DNA from: Leptospiraceae bacterium
GTDB lineage: Bacteria > Spirochaetota > Leptospiria > Leptospirales > Leptonemataceae
Assembly (NCBI GenBank): GCA_040217195.1
Contig: JAVJNR010000007.1
Location: 64,001 to 128,000, forward strand
Direction of reading: 5' to 3'
DNA length: 64,000 nucleotides
Every line of letters begins with the position of its first letter. The first letter of the stretch is position 1. Of this stretch, positions 10,783 to 20,216 are shown in pieces. The notes beneath the pieces were generated by a model. It worked only from the letters and a program-made list of their open reading frames with translations, was not told where the DNA came from and did not search any database. The translations under genes and the position numbers were made by a program.

Positions 10783-12420
10783 ATGAAAGGAATAATCGGG
10801 GAACTTCTCAACCGGAAGGGAATCACACTGATTCTCTATTTGAGTGCGCTCATTCCTTTAATAATCTTTGTAACTTCTATCCTGGCGCCATCCACCGAAT
10901 ATGATCAGGTCTCTGTACCTGTACTGCATACTACAACCATTCGCTTCGCCCAATGGGCCGCGCTGCTTCTAGGAATAATTCTTTCGCTCTTAGTTCGCTG
11001 GCAATTCTCCCAGACTGATGCGGGGCTTAAAGTCAATACTGGTTCAAGTAACGAGAACTTGAGCGCCCGGATCGGTTATGCAATCGTAGGATTGTTCTGT
11101 CTATATCTAGGATTATTTTATCAAAGTGCATACCATTCTTTCTATTTGCAGGAGCACGATTTTCTAAATATTGCTGCTGCCTTACCTCATTCCGGTCTGC
11201 TTGAAACTCCCTATGTAAATACAGGCCCCACAGGGAGTTTTCTGGGACATCATTTTAGCCCCTTTTTGCTATTGCTTAAGCCGGTTTTCTGGGTCTTCTC
11301 GCTGATGCCCCGGGCGGATTACAGCACCTATATGTTGCCTCTGTATCTGGGAGCCTGCCTGGGAGTCTTTCTGTGGTATCGAGCGGGCATTCTTTACATC
11401 AGAAAAACTCATGCATGGCTACTTCCGGTACTGGCCTGTTTTCTAGTCTGTAATCCGTTGATTCTAAGGCTCAGTCTTAGCTTTCACTTTGAAGTATTTG
11501 TTCTACCTCTTTCTGCAGCCTGCCTTTTACTACGAAGCAGCCGTTGGTACTGGTTATCCCTTCTTCTTCTCTTGATGGTAAAAGAAGACATCGCTCTTTA
11601 TGTCTTCTTGCTCTCTGGATCATTCTTTCTTTTTAACTGGAGAGCCAACCGATCCGAACCAGGACTGCAAGGAGGCTCACCTGCATTCAATCCGGAGAAC
11701 CAGAGACGTCTCAAGTTCACAACTATCGCCTCTGGAATCTATCTACTGCTGGCTATCCTGAGTCAGAGGACTCTGGCAGGTGGCACAGGCGCAGATTGGT
11801 CCCATTACTGGCTGGAAGCTTTCGAATGGAAGGGAACACAATCCACCGGCTTTCTTCTTATTTTACTGGCAGGCGGATGGATGGCTCTGGTTCAACCACG
11901 GTTAACCCTGCCTTTGATCCTGATTCTAATACTTCATGCATTGTCCAGACATCCGTGGCATAATAGCTTTCAGAGTCATTATGTCTATTCGGTATTGCCT
12001 ATTATTCTAATTGGAGTTTTCTTTCTTGGAACCAGGGGTTTTGTACTTCTACTACCGTTGATGCTATTTGCAGGTTTGCTGGATCGAAGCACACCGTTGC
12101 CCTTGCTGGAAAAAAGATCCTATGATACACTGCACATTCTGAATCAAATAGAATCCAATAGCTGTGTGCGAAGCTCCAGGCACATTTCGGTGAGAATCCC
12201 TTTGAGTAGCCGCCCCTTTCCTTTATACCCTATTGAAGGAAATCCCATGGCCAGCACCGACCTATGTCAGCCGCCGCCAGAAGAAGGTTGTCAGAGAATG
12301 TACTTACTACTTGAATCTCAGGATACGCCCAGGCTGCATGGCTGCCAGGTGCAGGAACTTCGCTTTCGTGCAAATACGGAGCATTTAAACCTCTTTGAGT
12401 ATGTCCAACCAGGCAACTGA
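10783..12420 (+). CDS. DUF2079-like polytopic membrane protein (GT-C-like)
   Basis: SFLGHHFSP, FH, KED, HY motifs; more than 10 TMs. Confidence 0.65.
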   Translation: MKGIIGELLNRKGITLILYLSALIPLIIFVTSILAPSTEYDQVSVPVLHTTTIRFAQWAALLLGIILSLLVRWQFSQTDAGLKVNTGSSNENLSARIGYAIVGLFCLYLGLFYQSAYHSFYLQEHDFLNIAAALPHSGLLETPYVNTGPTGSFLGHHFSPFLLLLKPVFWVFSLMPRADYSTYMLPLYLGACLGVFLWYRAGILYIRKTHAWLLPVLACFLVCNPLILRLSLSFHFEVFVLPLSAACLLLRSSRWYWLSLLLLLMVKEDIALYVFLLSGSFFLFNWRANRSEPGLQGGSPAFNPENQRRLKFTTIASGIYLLLAILSQRTLAGGTGADWSHYWLEAFEWKGTQSTGFLLILLAGGWMALVQPRLTLPLILILILHALSRHPWHNSFQSHYVYSVLPIILIGVFFLGTRGFVLLLPLMLFAGLLDRSTPLPLLEKRSYDTLHILNQIESNSCVRSSRHISVRIPLSSRPFPLYPIEGNPMASTDLCQPPPEEGCQRMYLLLESQDTPRLHGCQVQELRFRANTEHLNLFEYVQPGN

Positions 12421-13570
12421 AATACTGATAATCGATGACGATCCAGCCATTCGAGATCTGGTCTCAAATTTTCTAAATAATCAGGGATTCGAGGCGCTAT
12501 GTGCTTCGACTGGAGAGGAAGGAATTGCATTATCCATTCGACACAGACCGGCCCTTATACTTTGCGACTATGGCCTTCCTGGAATCGATGGTCTGGAAGT
12601 ATGCGAAGCTTTAAGAGATAGGCAGGATCTGGAATCAAGCTATTTCATACTGCTGACTGCCAGCGGTGACATGGACAGTAAAGTAGCCGCTTTTGATCGC
12701 GGAGTGGATGATTTCATCACCAAACCATTCGATTTCCGGGAATTGCGTTCCAGAATTAAAGCGGGAATGCGTATTTTCCATTTGAATGAAGCATTGCGTA
12801 GACGGCAAGCTATCATGGACTTCGACCTGAATCAGGCCCGAGAATATGTTCGCAGTCAGATCCCCGGGCCCATGAAAGATGAGAAAGCCTGGATCGATTA
12901 CATCTATCGCCCCAGCCATACCCTGGGTGGCGATATGTTTCACTTTGACTGGATTGATGAATGCCTTCGATTTTTCGTACTTGATGTCTCGGGCCATGGC
13001 ATTGGATCATCCCTTTTATCCGTAACTGCTCACCAGCTTCTGGTTAGTGGAAGACTACAGGCAAATCCATTGGATCCGGTGGAAGTGCTGAAAGAATTGA
13101 ACCGGGCCTTCCCCATGGAAAAGCAAAACCGACTCTTCTTTACTATCTGGTATGGTATATATGACTTTAAGAGCCAGACCCTGAGTTATGGCTCTGCAGG
13201 CCACCCACAGGGATTTTTGATGGAGGCCGATGGAACTTCGCATATCTTAATGAAGGGCGGAATCCCAATTGGAATGATACGAGATTTTCAGTATCGAAAC
13301 AATCAACTAATCCTGGAAAAACCATTTATAATCTGTCTGTTCTCGGATGGACTCTACGAAGATGAGTCTATCCCACCGGATTTTAACGGAAGCCTGGACT
13401 CTTTTCATAAATTGCTTAATCGTATTCCGGACAAAGAATCCGCTCCTGGCGTCTGGGGCGGAACAGTCTTGCAATGGCTGTACACTGAGGCCAAATGTCT
13501 GAGTCCAAGGGAAGACGATGTAACTCTAATTGTGGGCGAAGTGGATCAAGCCGGCCGCTCTGGATCGTAA
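12401..13570 (+). CDS. Response regulator with PP2C/SpoIIE phosphatase domain (RsbU-like)
   Basis: REC (IIDDD, LCDYGLP, KPF) plus GGD, DVSGHG, SAGHP, SDG, DD. Confidence 0.92.
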   Translation: MSNQATEILIIDDDPAIRDLVSNFLNNQGFEALCASTGEEGIALSIRHRPALILCDYGLPGIDGLEVCEALRDRQDLESSYFILLTASGDMDSKVAAFDRGVDDFITKPFDFRELRSRIKAGMRIFHLNEALRRRQAIMDFDLNQAREYVRSQIPGPMKDEKAWIDYIYRPSHTLGGDMFHFDWIDECLRFFVLDVSGHGIGSSLLSVTAHQLLVSGRLQANPLDPVEVLKELNRAFPMEKQNRLFFTIWYGIYDFKSQTLSYGSAGHPQGFLMEADGTSHILMKGGIPIGMIRDFQYRNNQLILEKPFIICLFSDGLYEDESIPPDFNGSLDSFHKLLNRIPDKESAPGVWGGTVLQWLYTEAKCLSPREDDVTLIVGEVDQAGRSGS

Positions 13571-14529
13571 TCAATCCGATTCCGGCCATTTGCTTTGGCA
13601 TTGTAGAGTCCCCGGTCTGCGCTTCGCACTAGTTCATCGCCTTTACTCATTGGAGGCCCGAATGAGGATACTCCAATGCTTACAGTAACGTGATCTGTCA
13701 CAGTGCTCGTTCGATGAGGGATGCCCAGATTCTCCACACCGTTCAAAATCTTCCGAGCCACCACTTCAGCTCCTGTCAGATCGGTGCCGGGTAGTATGAT
13801 CACAAATTCCTCTCCGCCGTACCGCGCCGCAAGATCACCTGGTCTGGCAAGGCTTTCGCGAAGAATCCTTGCAATACCAATTAAGCAAAGATCTCCTTCC
13901 TGATGCCCATAAGTATCATTGAATGGCTTAAAGAAGTCTACATCGATCATTAACAGACTGAGTGGCTGATCATTTCGAACAGCACGGTTGAATTCAATTT
14001 CAAGAACAGCATCAAAATGACGGCGATTGGGAATATCCGTCAGAGGATCAATCATTGAGATCTTTTTCAGCTCTTCGTTGGCCCGAGCCAGCTTTATGGT
14101 CATCTCCACAAGCTCCTTCTCATGGGCACGCCTGCGGTCCATCTCTCGTTTCAAACGTATGGCTGCGTTCACTCGAGCCAGAAATTCAATCTTGTTGAAT
14201 GGTTTGCTGATGAAGTCCATGGCCCCTGCCCGAAAAGCCCGGGCCAGATAGTCCTGAGGAGAATGGGCAGTCATCATGATGACTGGAATCTCTGCGTACT
14301 TGTTGCTGGCCTTGATAGTTCGGGTGGCTTCAATTCCATCGGTTCCAGGAAGAGAAATATCCAGAAGTATTAAATCGAATTTTGGCGCACCTTCCCCATC
14401 CAGCTCCAGTACGGAAAAAGCAGCCTCGGCCGAATCTACAGCTTCAATACCCGGATAACCATCCTGCGAAAGAAATGTTTTCGCTAGAAGCTGATCGTCC
14501 GGATTATCATCCACGACCAGAATTTTCAT
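13546..14529 (-). CDS. REC-GGDEF diguanylate cyclase
   Basis: REC (VVDD, LLDISLP, SKP), DPLT, DVDFFK, NDTYGH, RPGD I-site, GGEEF. Confidence 0.95.
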   Translation of the reverse strand: MKILVVDDNPDDQLLAKTFLSQDGYPGIEAVDSAEAAFSVLELDGEGAPKFDLILLDISLPGTDGIEATRTIKASNKYAEIPVIMMTAHSPQDYLARAFRAGAMDFISKPFNKIEFLARVNAAIRLKREMDRRRAHEKELVEMTIKLARANEELKKISMIDPLTDIPNRRHFDAVLEIEFNRAVRNDQPLSLLMIDVDFFKPFNDTYGHQEGDLCLIGIARILRESLARPGDLAARYGGEEFVIILPGTDLTGAEVVARKILNGVENLGIPHRTSTVTDHVTVSIGVSSFGPPMSKGDELVRSADRGLYNAKANGRNRIDYDPERPA

Positions 14530-14835
14530 TTACCAATCTTCCGACTCAACAAACTCGATTTCCACGGAATTCAGGTAATCATCAAGCTCGGTGATAGCCG
14601 ATTGAATGCTTGCTCCATCGCTTTCTTTGGCAGCATCCTTAATCTGTTTGCCTTTTTCTGTTAGAAAGTGGAACCCATAGCCGCCACCAGAACCCTTCAT
14701 ACGGTGTCCGTGAATCCGAAGATTCTCCCAGTCTTCCGTGGACAAATAGTCCTTAAAGTCCTGGATGGTTTTGCGAATACCATCCAGATAACCTGGAATG
14801 AGATCCTCCAGATCTTTGCTTATCTCCACCTTCAT
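14530..14835 (-). CDS. Stand-alone Hpt phosphotransfer protein
   Basis: HGHRMKGSGGGYG Hpt signature. Start 14835 or 14868; abuts the DGC start. Confidence 0.88.
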   Translation of the reverse strand: MKVEISKDLEDLIPGYLDGIRKTIQDFKDYLSTEDWENLRIHGHRMKGSGGGYGFHFLTEKGKQIKDAAKESDGASIQSAITELDDYLNSVEIEFVESEDW

Positions 14836-14958
14836 TGAAGTGGATGATGAGGGGCCAGCCTTCAGCATCAAGGATTTTATCAATTGGAACTGTTCTTTTC
14901 AGCAATGTCTGAAATCGGCCTGCTATTCAACTCCCAATCGCAAGAAAATCAGATTCTA

Positions 14959-15504
14959 TTATGGTGTTGCGCCGTACTGACCCCGGTAAGCCCCTACCAT
15001 GGATCTATGTATATTCCGGGCCAGCTCTCTGAGCAGACGCTGCCTGGCCTGGAACTCCGATTCCGGAAACCCTTCCCGAGGGGAATAATGCACGGTTGCA
15101 CTCTCTTCAGATGAAAGGATTACTCTTCCGGTAGGCTTCTCCCTCATTCTAATCCGGGCGCCAATAATGAGTTCATACCTGGTCGGGTTTCGAAGATTGT
15201 CGTAAAGTCTGCCTTCTTTTCTATAGAGAGTTATCTCACCGTAGAGTCCCAGCCTGGCATCATCTGGCTCTGGAGTAATAAGAAAGTCCTTTTTGGAATG
15301 AATCTCTTCTCTTAGAATACGGTTCAACTCTACCTGGGTATCGGCATCGAATGTACTGTTGGAAAAATTGAACAGATAGAGTGTACGGTCCTCTTCCGGA
15401 AATTCCTTCAAGTCCGGATAGATACAGGAAGATAGCCCGATAGCAAGCAACACAATCAACCCGGCCAGGATTCGCTTCAGTGTATTTGAAACGCCAGAGC
15501 CCAT
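14959..15504 (-). CDS. lptE: LptE-like lipoprotein
   Basis: Lipobox LSSC, FNFSNST, LYGEI, E..AR..LL.ELA..I pattern. Confidence 0.65.
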   Translation of the reverse strand: MGSGVSNTLKRILAGLIVLLAIGLSSCIYPDLKEFPEEDRTLYLFNFSNSTFDADTQVELNRILREEIHSKKDFLITPEPDDARLGLYGEITLYRKEGRLYDNLRNPTRYELIIGARIRMREKPTGRVILSSEESATVHYSPREGFPESEFQARQRLLRELARNIHRSMVGAYRGQYGATP

Positions 15505-15506
15505 AC

Positions 15507-16592
15507 TTAAAGCCCCGGTCCCGATGGAATCGGTACTGCCGGATCGCCTCCAGGCTGCATTTGTTGGAGTCCTCGAATGTAGCCGATTGTGCGCTCCACG
15601 GTTTGGCGATCAATGACCTGAACTCCATCAAGTGCCGGAGAACTCATTAACAATAATTCTACATCCTGGATTAACAGAGGTTCCAGCGGCTTTCGCACCT
15701 CTACTTCCATCGTCTCCACTTCTTCCCCTTCGATTCCGGCCACCATATTAGCTTCCAGTAGAGGCTCGGCTTTTTCCCAGAGTTTTTCCGGATCCTGACT
15801 GTATTCAAAGGTAAAAAACTTGATTTGATACTGACGAATGACTGTATCCAGGGGATTGGAAAATTGAGCCGATGCCTCTTCGCCCTTTTTGTTTTGCCAG
15901 ACCATAATGGGAGGCCCATCCTTTTGTTGCTTTTCCTTGCGAAATAAATGCACAGTGAAAGGAAGCCCCTGGATTGCAGTTGCACCGGCATCCTTGTCTA
16001 AAGCAGAAAGCAAGCTCACTTCCATTTCAATTGTACTCGATGCAGTGGGATAAAGAAATACTCGCCGCTCAAGAAAATTGGTTCGCTCGGAGTCCAGCCG
16101 ATCCATGGTATACTTTGCGATTAGATAAGCCTCTCCTTCATTTTCCGGCCGGTTCGCCACGGCAAATAGCTTTCCATTCCTGTCTTTATTGGCCGCACAG
16201 AGTTTGAACAGGGCTTCACTGGCTGGAATCAGTTCCACGCAAATTGTTTCTTCGCTCTGACCAAAGAGTTCTTCAGGGAATTGCTTACGAACTTCCCCTT
16301 CCAGGGCATACAATCCCTGCATTTTCAGTTCTTCAAATTCACTGAACAGATTCGGAACCGAAGTGCTGGCTCTGTAGCGATAGCTCCGATCATTCTCTTT
16401 GAACGATACATAAAACCGATCGCCCTTGAATGAGGACTGCTTTTCGAACGATAGATCCCCATATTTGATGGTCTGAAGATCCAGTTTCCAGACCACCGGC
16501 TCTTTGCTCTTCTCTATATCCAGGAAAAGAAAAACACCCAGGGCAATCAAAGATACCATTAGAACCCAGAGCGAAACAGGTACTTTCTTCAC
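15507..16592 (-). CDS. Membrane-anchored hypothetical protein (DUF4340-like position)
   Basis: N-terminal TM; 4-bp overlap with the GldG-like gene. Confidence 0.6.
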   Translation of the reverse strand: MKKVPVSLWVLMVSLIALGVFLFLDIEKSKEPVVWKLDLQTIKYGDLSFEKQSSFKGDRFYVSFKENDRSYRYRASTSVPNLFSEFEELKMQGLYALEGEVRKQFPEELFGQSEETICVELIPASEALFKLCAANKDRNGKLFAVANRPENEGEAYLIAKYTMDRLDSERTNFLERRVFLYPTASSTIEMEVSLLSALDKDAGATAIQGLPFTVHLFRKEKQQKDGPPIMVWQNKKGEEASAQFSNPLDTVIRQYQIKFFTFEYSQDPEKLWEKAEPLLEANMVAGIEGEEVETMEVEVRKPLEPLLIQDVELLLMSSPALDGVQVIDRQTVERTIGYIRGLQQMQPGGDPAVPIPSGPGL

Positions 16593-18586
16593 TTGTCCTT
16601 GCCTTCGAATCTACGATTCTTTCTATAGAAATAAATTGCCAGACCCAGAGCCATCGAAAGGCCCAGAGGAAATACAACAATTCCCAAAATCAAATTACGC
16701 AGCTTCAACTCTTCCGTTATCTGAATGGATCGATCCGTTCTTGGCTCAGCCGGTAGAGCTGCAGCTACTTCGCTTTCAGTCATCCAGAACAGTGTATCCG
16801 CGGCTAGAATTGGATTTCTATGGTCTGCCTGATATCGAATGCCAGCCTCGGAAATCCATGCGATATCCGAATAGATAGCGATTCGAGTATCCCTGGCCGG
16901 ATTTTCGATAGCAAGCCCCAGAGGAAATCTACCCTGGCTTTCTCCTGGATCCTGTTTTCCGTTTCGATTACGATCCAATGTGGTTCCAAACGGTGAATAC
17001 AGAAATACCTGAGTCTTGAATTCGTCCGACTTTTTCTCTGGCGTTTTTTCAGAATTCGTTTCCGGTTTCTCTGGTTCTTGAGGATTCGCACCTTCTGGAG
17101 AAGGATTCTCTTCGTTTTCTTCAGCGCCGTTGGTGTTTTGTTCTATGATTGCCGGGGCCTTTCGATCCATCTCTTCGAAGTAACCGGTGCCCGCATAAAC
17201 GATAGCTGCCCGTCCACCCAGGTTCAGGTTTTCGGTCATTCTATGGGTTTCGAATTGCTGAATAAATAGCTCCCCCGGCCTACGTGGGTTATGACTTAAC
17301 AGAGCCTTCTCATGTGTGTACGGGGATTGTAATTCTTCTAGCAACCATTCAAAGTTTTCGTCCCCGGCCGGATCAATTAATATCATTATCCGTCCGCCCT
17401 TCTTTGCATAATCCAGAATCGCTTTGCGAGCCTCTTCGCCGTAGGGCGCGGTGGGCCCAGCAAGAACCACAGCATCTGCATCGTCCGGAATAGGTCCTGG
17501 CCAGTCAGCGCCTGCTCCCAGGTCTCTCAATCGATAATTATAGAAGCGAATCAATTCACGAAACGTCTCCAGAGAGTTTGGATTGGCTGCAGCTCTCTGC
17601 AAAGCAATTCGCTCCCCATTGGCCGCAGGAAAATATACCATACGAGGTGGAGAAGAAACCTGCAACATGGCCCGAACAGATTCTCGCTCAAGCCTTTCCA
17701 TATCCTTCCGGGTATATACATACACTCGACGGTCGACATAGGGACGATCATCTGCTTCCACGTTTCCCTTTTTCAATGAGCGAACAATGATTGTGCCATT
17801 GGATACTCGACCAAATTCATCGGACTGAAAATCTGCAAGATCTGCGTTGTGAAACTCAAGAGTAATGGAAGAGTTAATATTAGGCAACTGCTGCAGCATC
17901 ACTCTAACATCCTCACCGATTTGATAGAGCTCGGGCATGGTCTTGCTCACTTCCTTATCTCGGATGGCCTGCTTCACTGGAAGAAATGCATGAACCTCCA
18001 CTTTTCCATCCAGAGTGGAGATGATCTTTCGAGACTCTTCGCTATAGGAAAAATATCCAGGAGAGAAATCCAGAGTTGGGTTTCGCATGGCAGCCAGGTA
18101 ATTCAAAGCAGAAAACAAGGCCAGAGCAGCCAGAACACCAAGGGAAGCCCGGACCGCATTTCTTTCCCTGGATTGCTGACCGGATAAACTGGCACGGGAA
18201 CTATATTCCAATCCGGTAGAAATTCGCAGTAAAACAGCGCCAATGAATCCAAACAAAAAGACGATCAACAAAAATAAGCGCATTCGCGCAGCAACACTAT
18301 CGTCTTCTCCATGAATCTGACTTCGAACAATAAAAAAGATCAGTGCGGCTACAGTAAGGCCCCAGCTGGTATAGATTGTATTCCATCGACCCTCCAGAGT
18401 AGAATCCTTTCGATTCAGTAGCAATAGAATTGGATCAGCCAGAAGTAGTAGCAATCCCAGAACAAATAGAAAGATTCCGGTGGCGGAGTTTAAGTACTGA
18501 AAGGCCATCAGGGCGGTGATACCTCCAGAAAGAAGGGTCCATCCGCCAATTCGCTTGATCGTTTCTCGCATAGTCTGGATATTCAT
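16589..18586 (-). CDS. GldG-like ABC auxiliary component
   Basis: N-terminal TMs, DFS..FSYSEES, IPDDADAVVLAGP, GGRIMILIDP, C-terminal TM followed by YRKNRR. Confidence 0.8.
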   Translation of the reverse strand: MNIQTMRETIKRIGGWTLLSGGITALMAFQYLNSATGIFLFVLGLLLLLADPILLLLNRKDSTLEGRWNTIYTSWGLTVAALIFFIVRSQIHGEDDSVAARMRLFLLIVFLFGFIGAVLLRISTGLEYSSRASLSGQQSRERNAVRASLGVLAALALFSALNYLAAMRNPTLDFSPGYFSYSEESRKIISTLDGKVEVHAFLPVKQAIRDKEVSKTMPELYQIGEDVRVMLQQLPNINSSITLEFHNADLADFQSDEFGRVSNGTIIVRSLKKGNVEADDRPYVDRRVYVYTRKDMERLERESVRAMLQVSSPPRMVYFPAANGERIALQRAAANPNSLETFRELIRFYNYRLRDLGAGADWPGPIPDDADAVVLAGPTAPYGEEARKAILDYAKKGGRIMILIDPAGDENFEWLLEELQSPYTHEKALLSHNPRRPGELFIQQFETHRMTENLNLGGRAAIVYAGTGYFEEMDRKAPAIIEQNTNGAEENEENPSPEGANPQEPEKPETNSEKTPEKKSDEFKTQVFLYSPFGTTLDRNRNGKQDPGESQGRFPLGLAIENPARDTRIAIYSDIAWISEAGIRYQADHRNPILAADTLFWMTESEVAAALPAEPRTDRSIQITEELKLRNLILGIVVFPLGLSMALGLAIYFYRKNRRFEGKDK

Positions 18587-19318
18587 TTAGTTACCTCTCC
18601 ATCGTCGAGACTCCAGCACTCGAACGGTAAAGAATAGAAATAGAACGGCCATTCCTCCAAAGAACAAAGTTCCCTGAAGAGGGATGATTCCCCGGGTGAA
18701 CGGATTAAACTGATCCAGGGCATGCATATAGCTGAAGATTTCCCGGGCAGGCGCGGGCAATAGACCTGCCAGATAGCCACCGATATCTACCAGCACCAGA
18801 ATTCCTGTGGCAATTAATAGAGAGATCAAATGGCTTTCTGTAAAGCTGGATGCAAAAATGCCCACTGCAGTGGAATACATGGCCACCAGGATCAGGCCAA
18901 TGAGACCAGTAACCGTCATGTATAAAGGGGCCTCTGCAATCCAGAAAATGTAAACTCCCTGCATTAGCAGAAGAAGTACGGCAAGTACAGTCAGGTTCAA
19001 AAGAAATTTTCCGATGACCAATTCCAGATCGGAGATGGGTAAACTGTACAGAAGCTCCAGTGTTCCTTGCTTTCGCTCGTTCACAAAAGCTGACATGGAA
19101 AGAAATATTCCTGCCCCCAGGGTAAGCAGATAGAAGATATAAAACAGGGCCACAGTAACCTGCTCGTAGGTGGCGCGATCGGTACTGGCCAGAATGACGC
19201 TTACGAATCCGCAGCAGAAAGCCAGGATTCCAATACTGAGAGGAGGTAAACTGGAGCCAAAGAACGAAGATAGCTCTTTCAGGTAAACCCAGTAGATTCG
19301 TTTCAGGGAGCCTTTCAT
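18587..19318 (-). CDS. GldF-like ABC-2 permease
   Basis: KELSSFF, ERKQGTLELLYSLP, GKF, C-terminal RRW. Confidence 0.88.
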   Translation of the reverse strand: MKGSLKRIYWVYLKELSSFFGSSLPPLSIGILAFCCGFVSVILASTDRATYEQVTVALFYIFYLLTLGAGIFLSMSAFVNERKQGTLELLYSLPISDLELVIGKFLLNLTVLAVLLLLMQGVYIFWIAEAPLYMTVTGLIGLILVAMYSTAVGIFASSFTESHLISLLIATGILVLVDIGGYLAGLLPAPAREIFSYMHALDQFNPFTRGIIPLQGTLFFGGMAVLFLFFTVRVLESRRWRGN

Positions 19319-20040
19319 ACGCCCACCTCCACTTCACCGGTTGTATGTTTCATAAATTCAGTCTCCAGATCGCTTTCCAGTTTTTCTCCCTCCAGGGCAG
19401 CAGCCATCTTCCCTCTATGTAGAATCAGAACTCGATCACAGGTTCGACTTACTTCGGTCAGTATATGGCTGGATATCAAAATAGTATGCTGCCCGGCCAG
19501 TTCTCGAATCAGGTTTCGCACCTCTACAATTTGTCTGGGATCCAGTCCGGACACTGGTTCATCGAAAATCAAGATGGAAGGATTTCCAATCAGGGCTTGA
19601 GCGATGCCCACTCGTTTTCGATAGCCCAGGGATAGATGCCGAATCAAAGATCGTCTGGCTGGCTGCAGGTTGGTTCTCTCCACAACTCGGTCAAATTCAT
19701 CGGAGAATTCGGATTCGCTCACGCCGCGGAGACGAGCCACAAAATGCAAATAATCGTGAACCGTAAGCTCCAGGTAAAGAGGTGGAACTTCAGGAAGATA
19801 GCCCAGTTTGCTACGTATACTGAGTGGGTTCTCGGCTACGTTTTCGCCCTCCACTTCCAGGATGCCGTCGCTAGGAGTGAGAAACCCGGTGAGCAATCGC
19901 AGACAGGTAGTCTTTCCGGCCCCGTTCAGGCCCAGAAGACCCACCACTTCCCCGGTCTGAATCTCAAAACTAACATTTTGCAGGGCTGGAAAGTCTCCAT
20001 AGTATTTGGTAACCTGAGACAATCTAATAGGTGGTTGCAT
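19315..20040 (-). CDS. GldA-like ABC ATP-binding protein
   Basis: GLNGAGKT, LSLGYRKRVG, DEP, SSHIL. Confidence 0.92.
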   Translation of the reverse strand: MQPPIRLSQVTKYYGDFPALQNVSFEIQTGEVVGLLGLNGAGKTTCLRLLTGFLTPSDGILEVEGENVAENPLSIRSKLGYLPEVPPLYLELTVHDYLHFVARLRGVSESEFSDEFDRVVERTNLQPARRSLIRHLSLGYRKRVGIAQALIGNPSILIFDEPVSGLDPRQIVEVRNLIRELAGQHTILISSHILTEVSRTCDRVLILHRGKMAAALEGEKLESDLETEFMKHTTGEVEVGV

Positions 20041-20216
20041 ACAGCCTTTAACACCGATTCAGCGGGCCATATGTCAAATGATTTCCAATGAACGAAGGGA
20101 ACCAAAAGATGGTCAAATACTCTTAGAAGTCAAGAATCCAGAGACAAAAACTGCATTCCTGCCACCATTTGGGCTGTAACATGCAATTGCCTTGGCCCAG
20201 AACCCCGGAAAGAACC

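Noticed and set aside
18705..19337. 210-aa alternative-frame ORF and the many other short overlapping ORFs in the track
   Set aside because: Shadow frames of well-supported genes, with no motifs or RBS.
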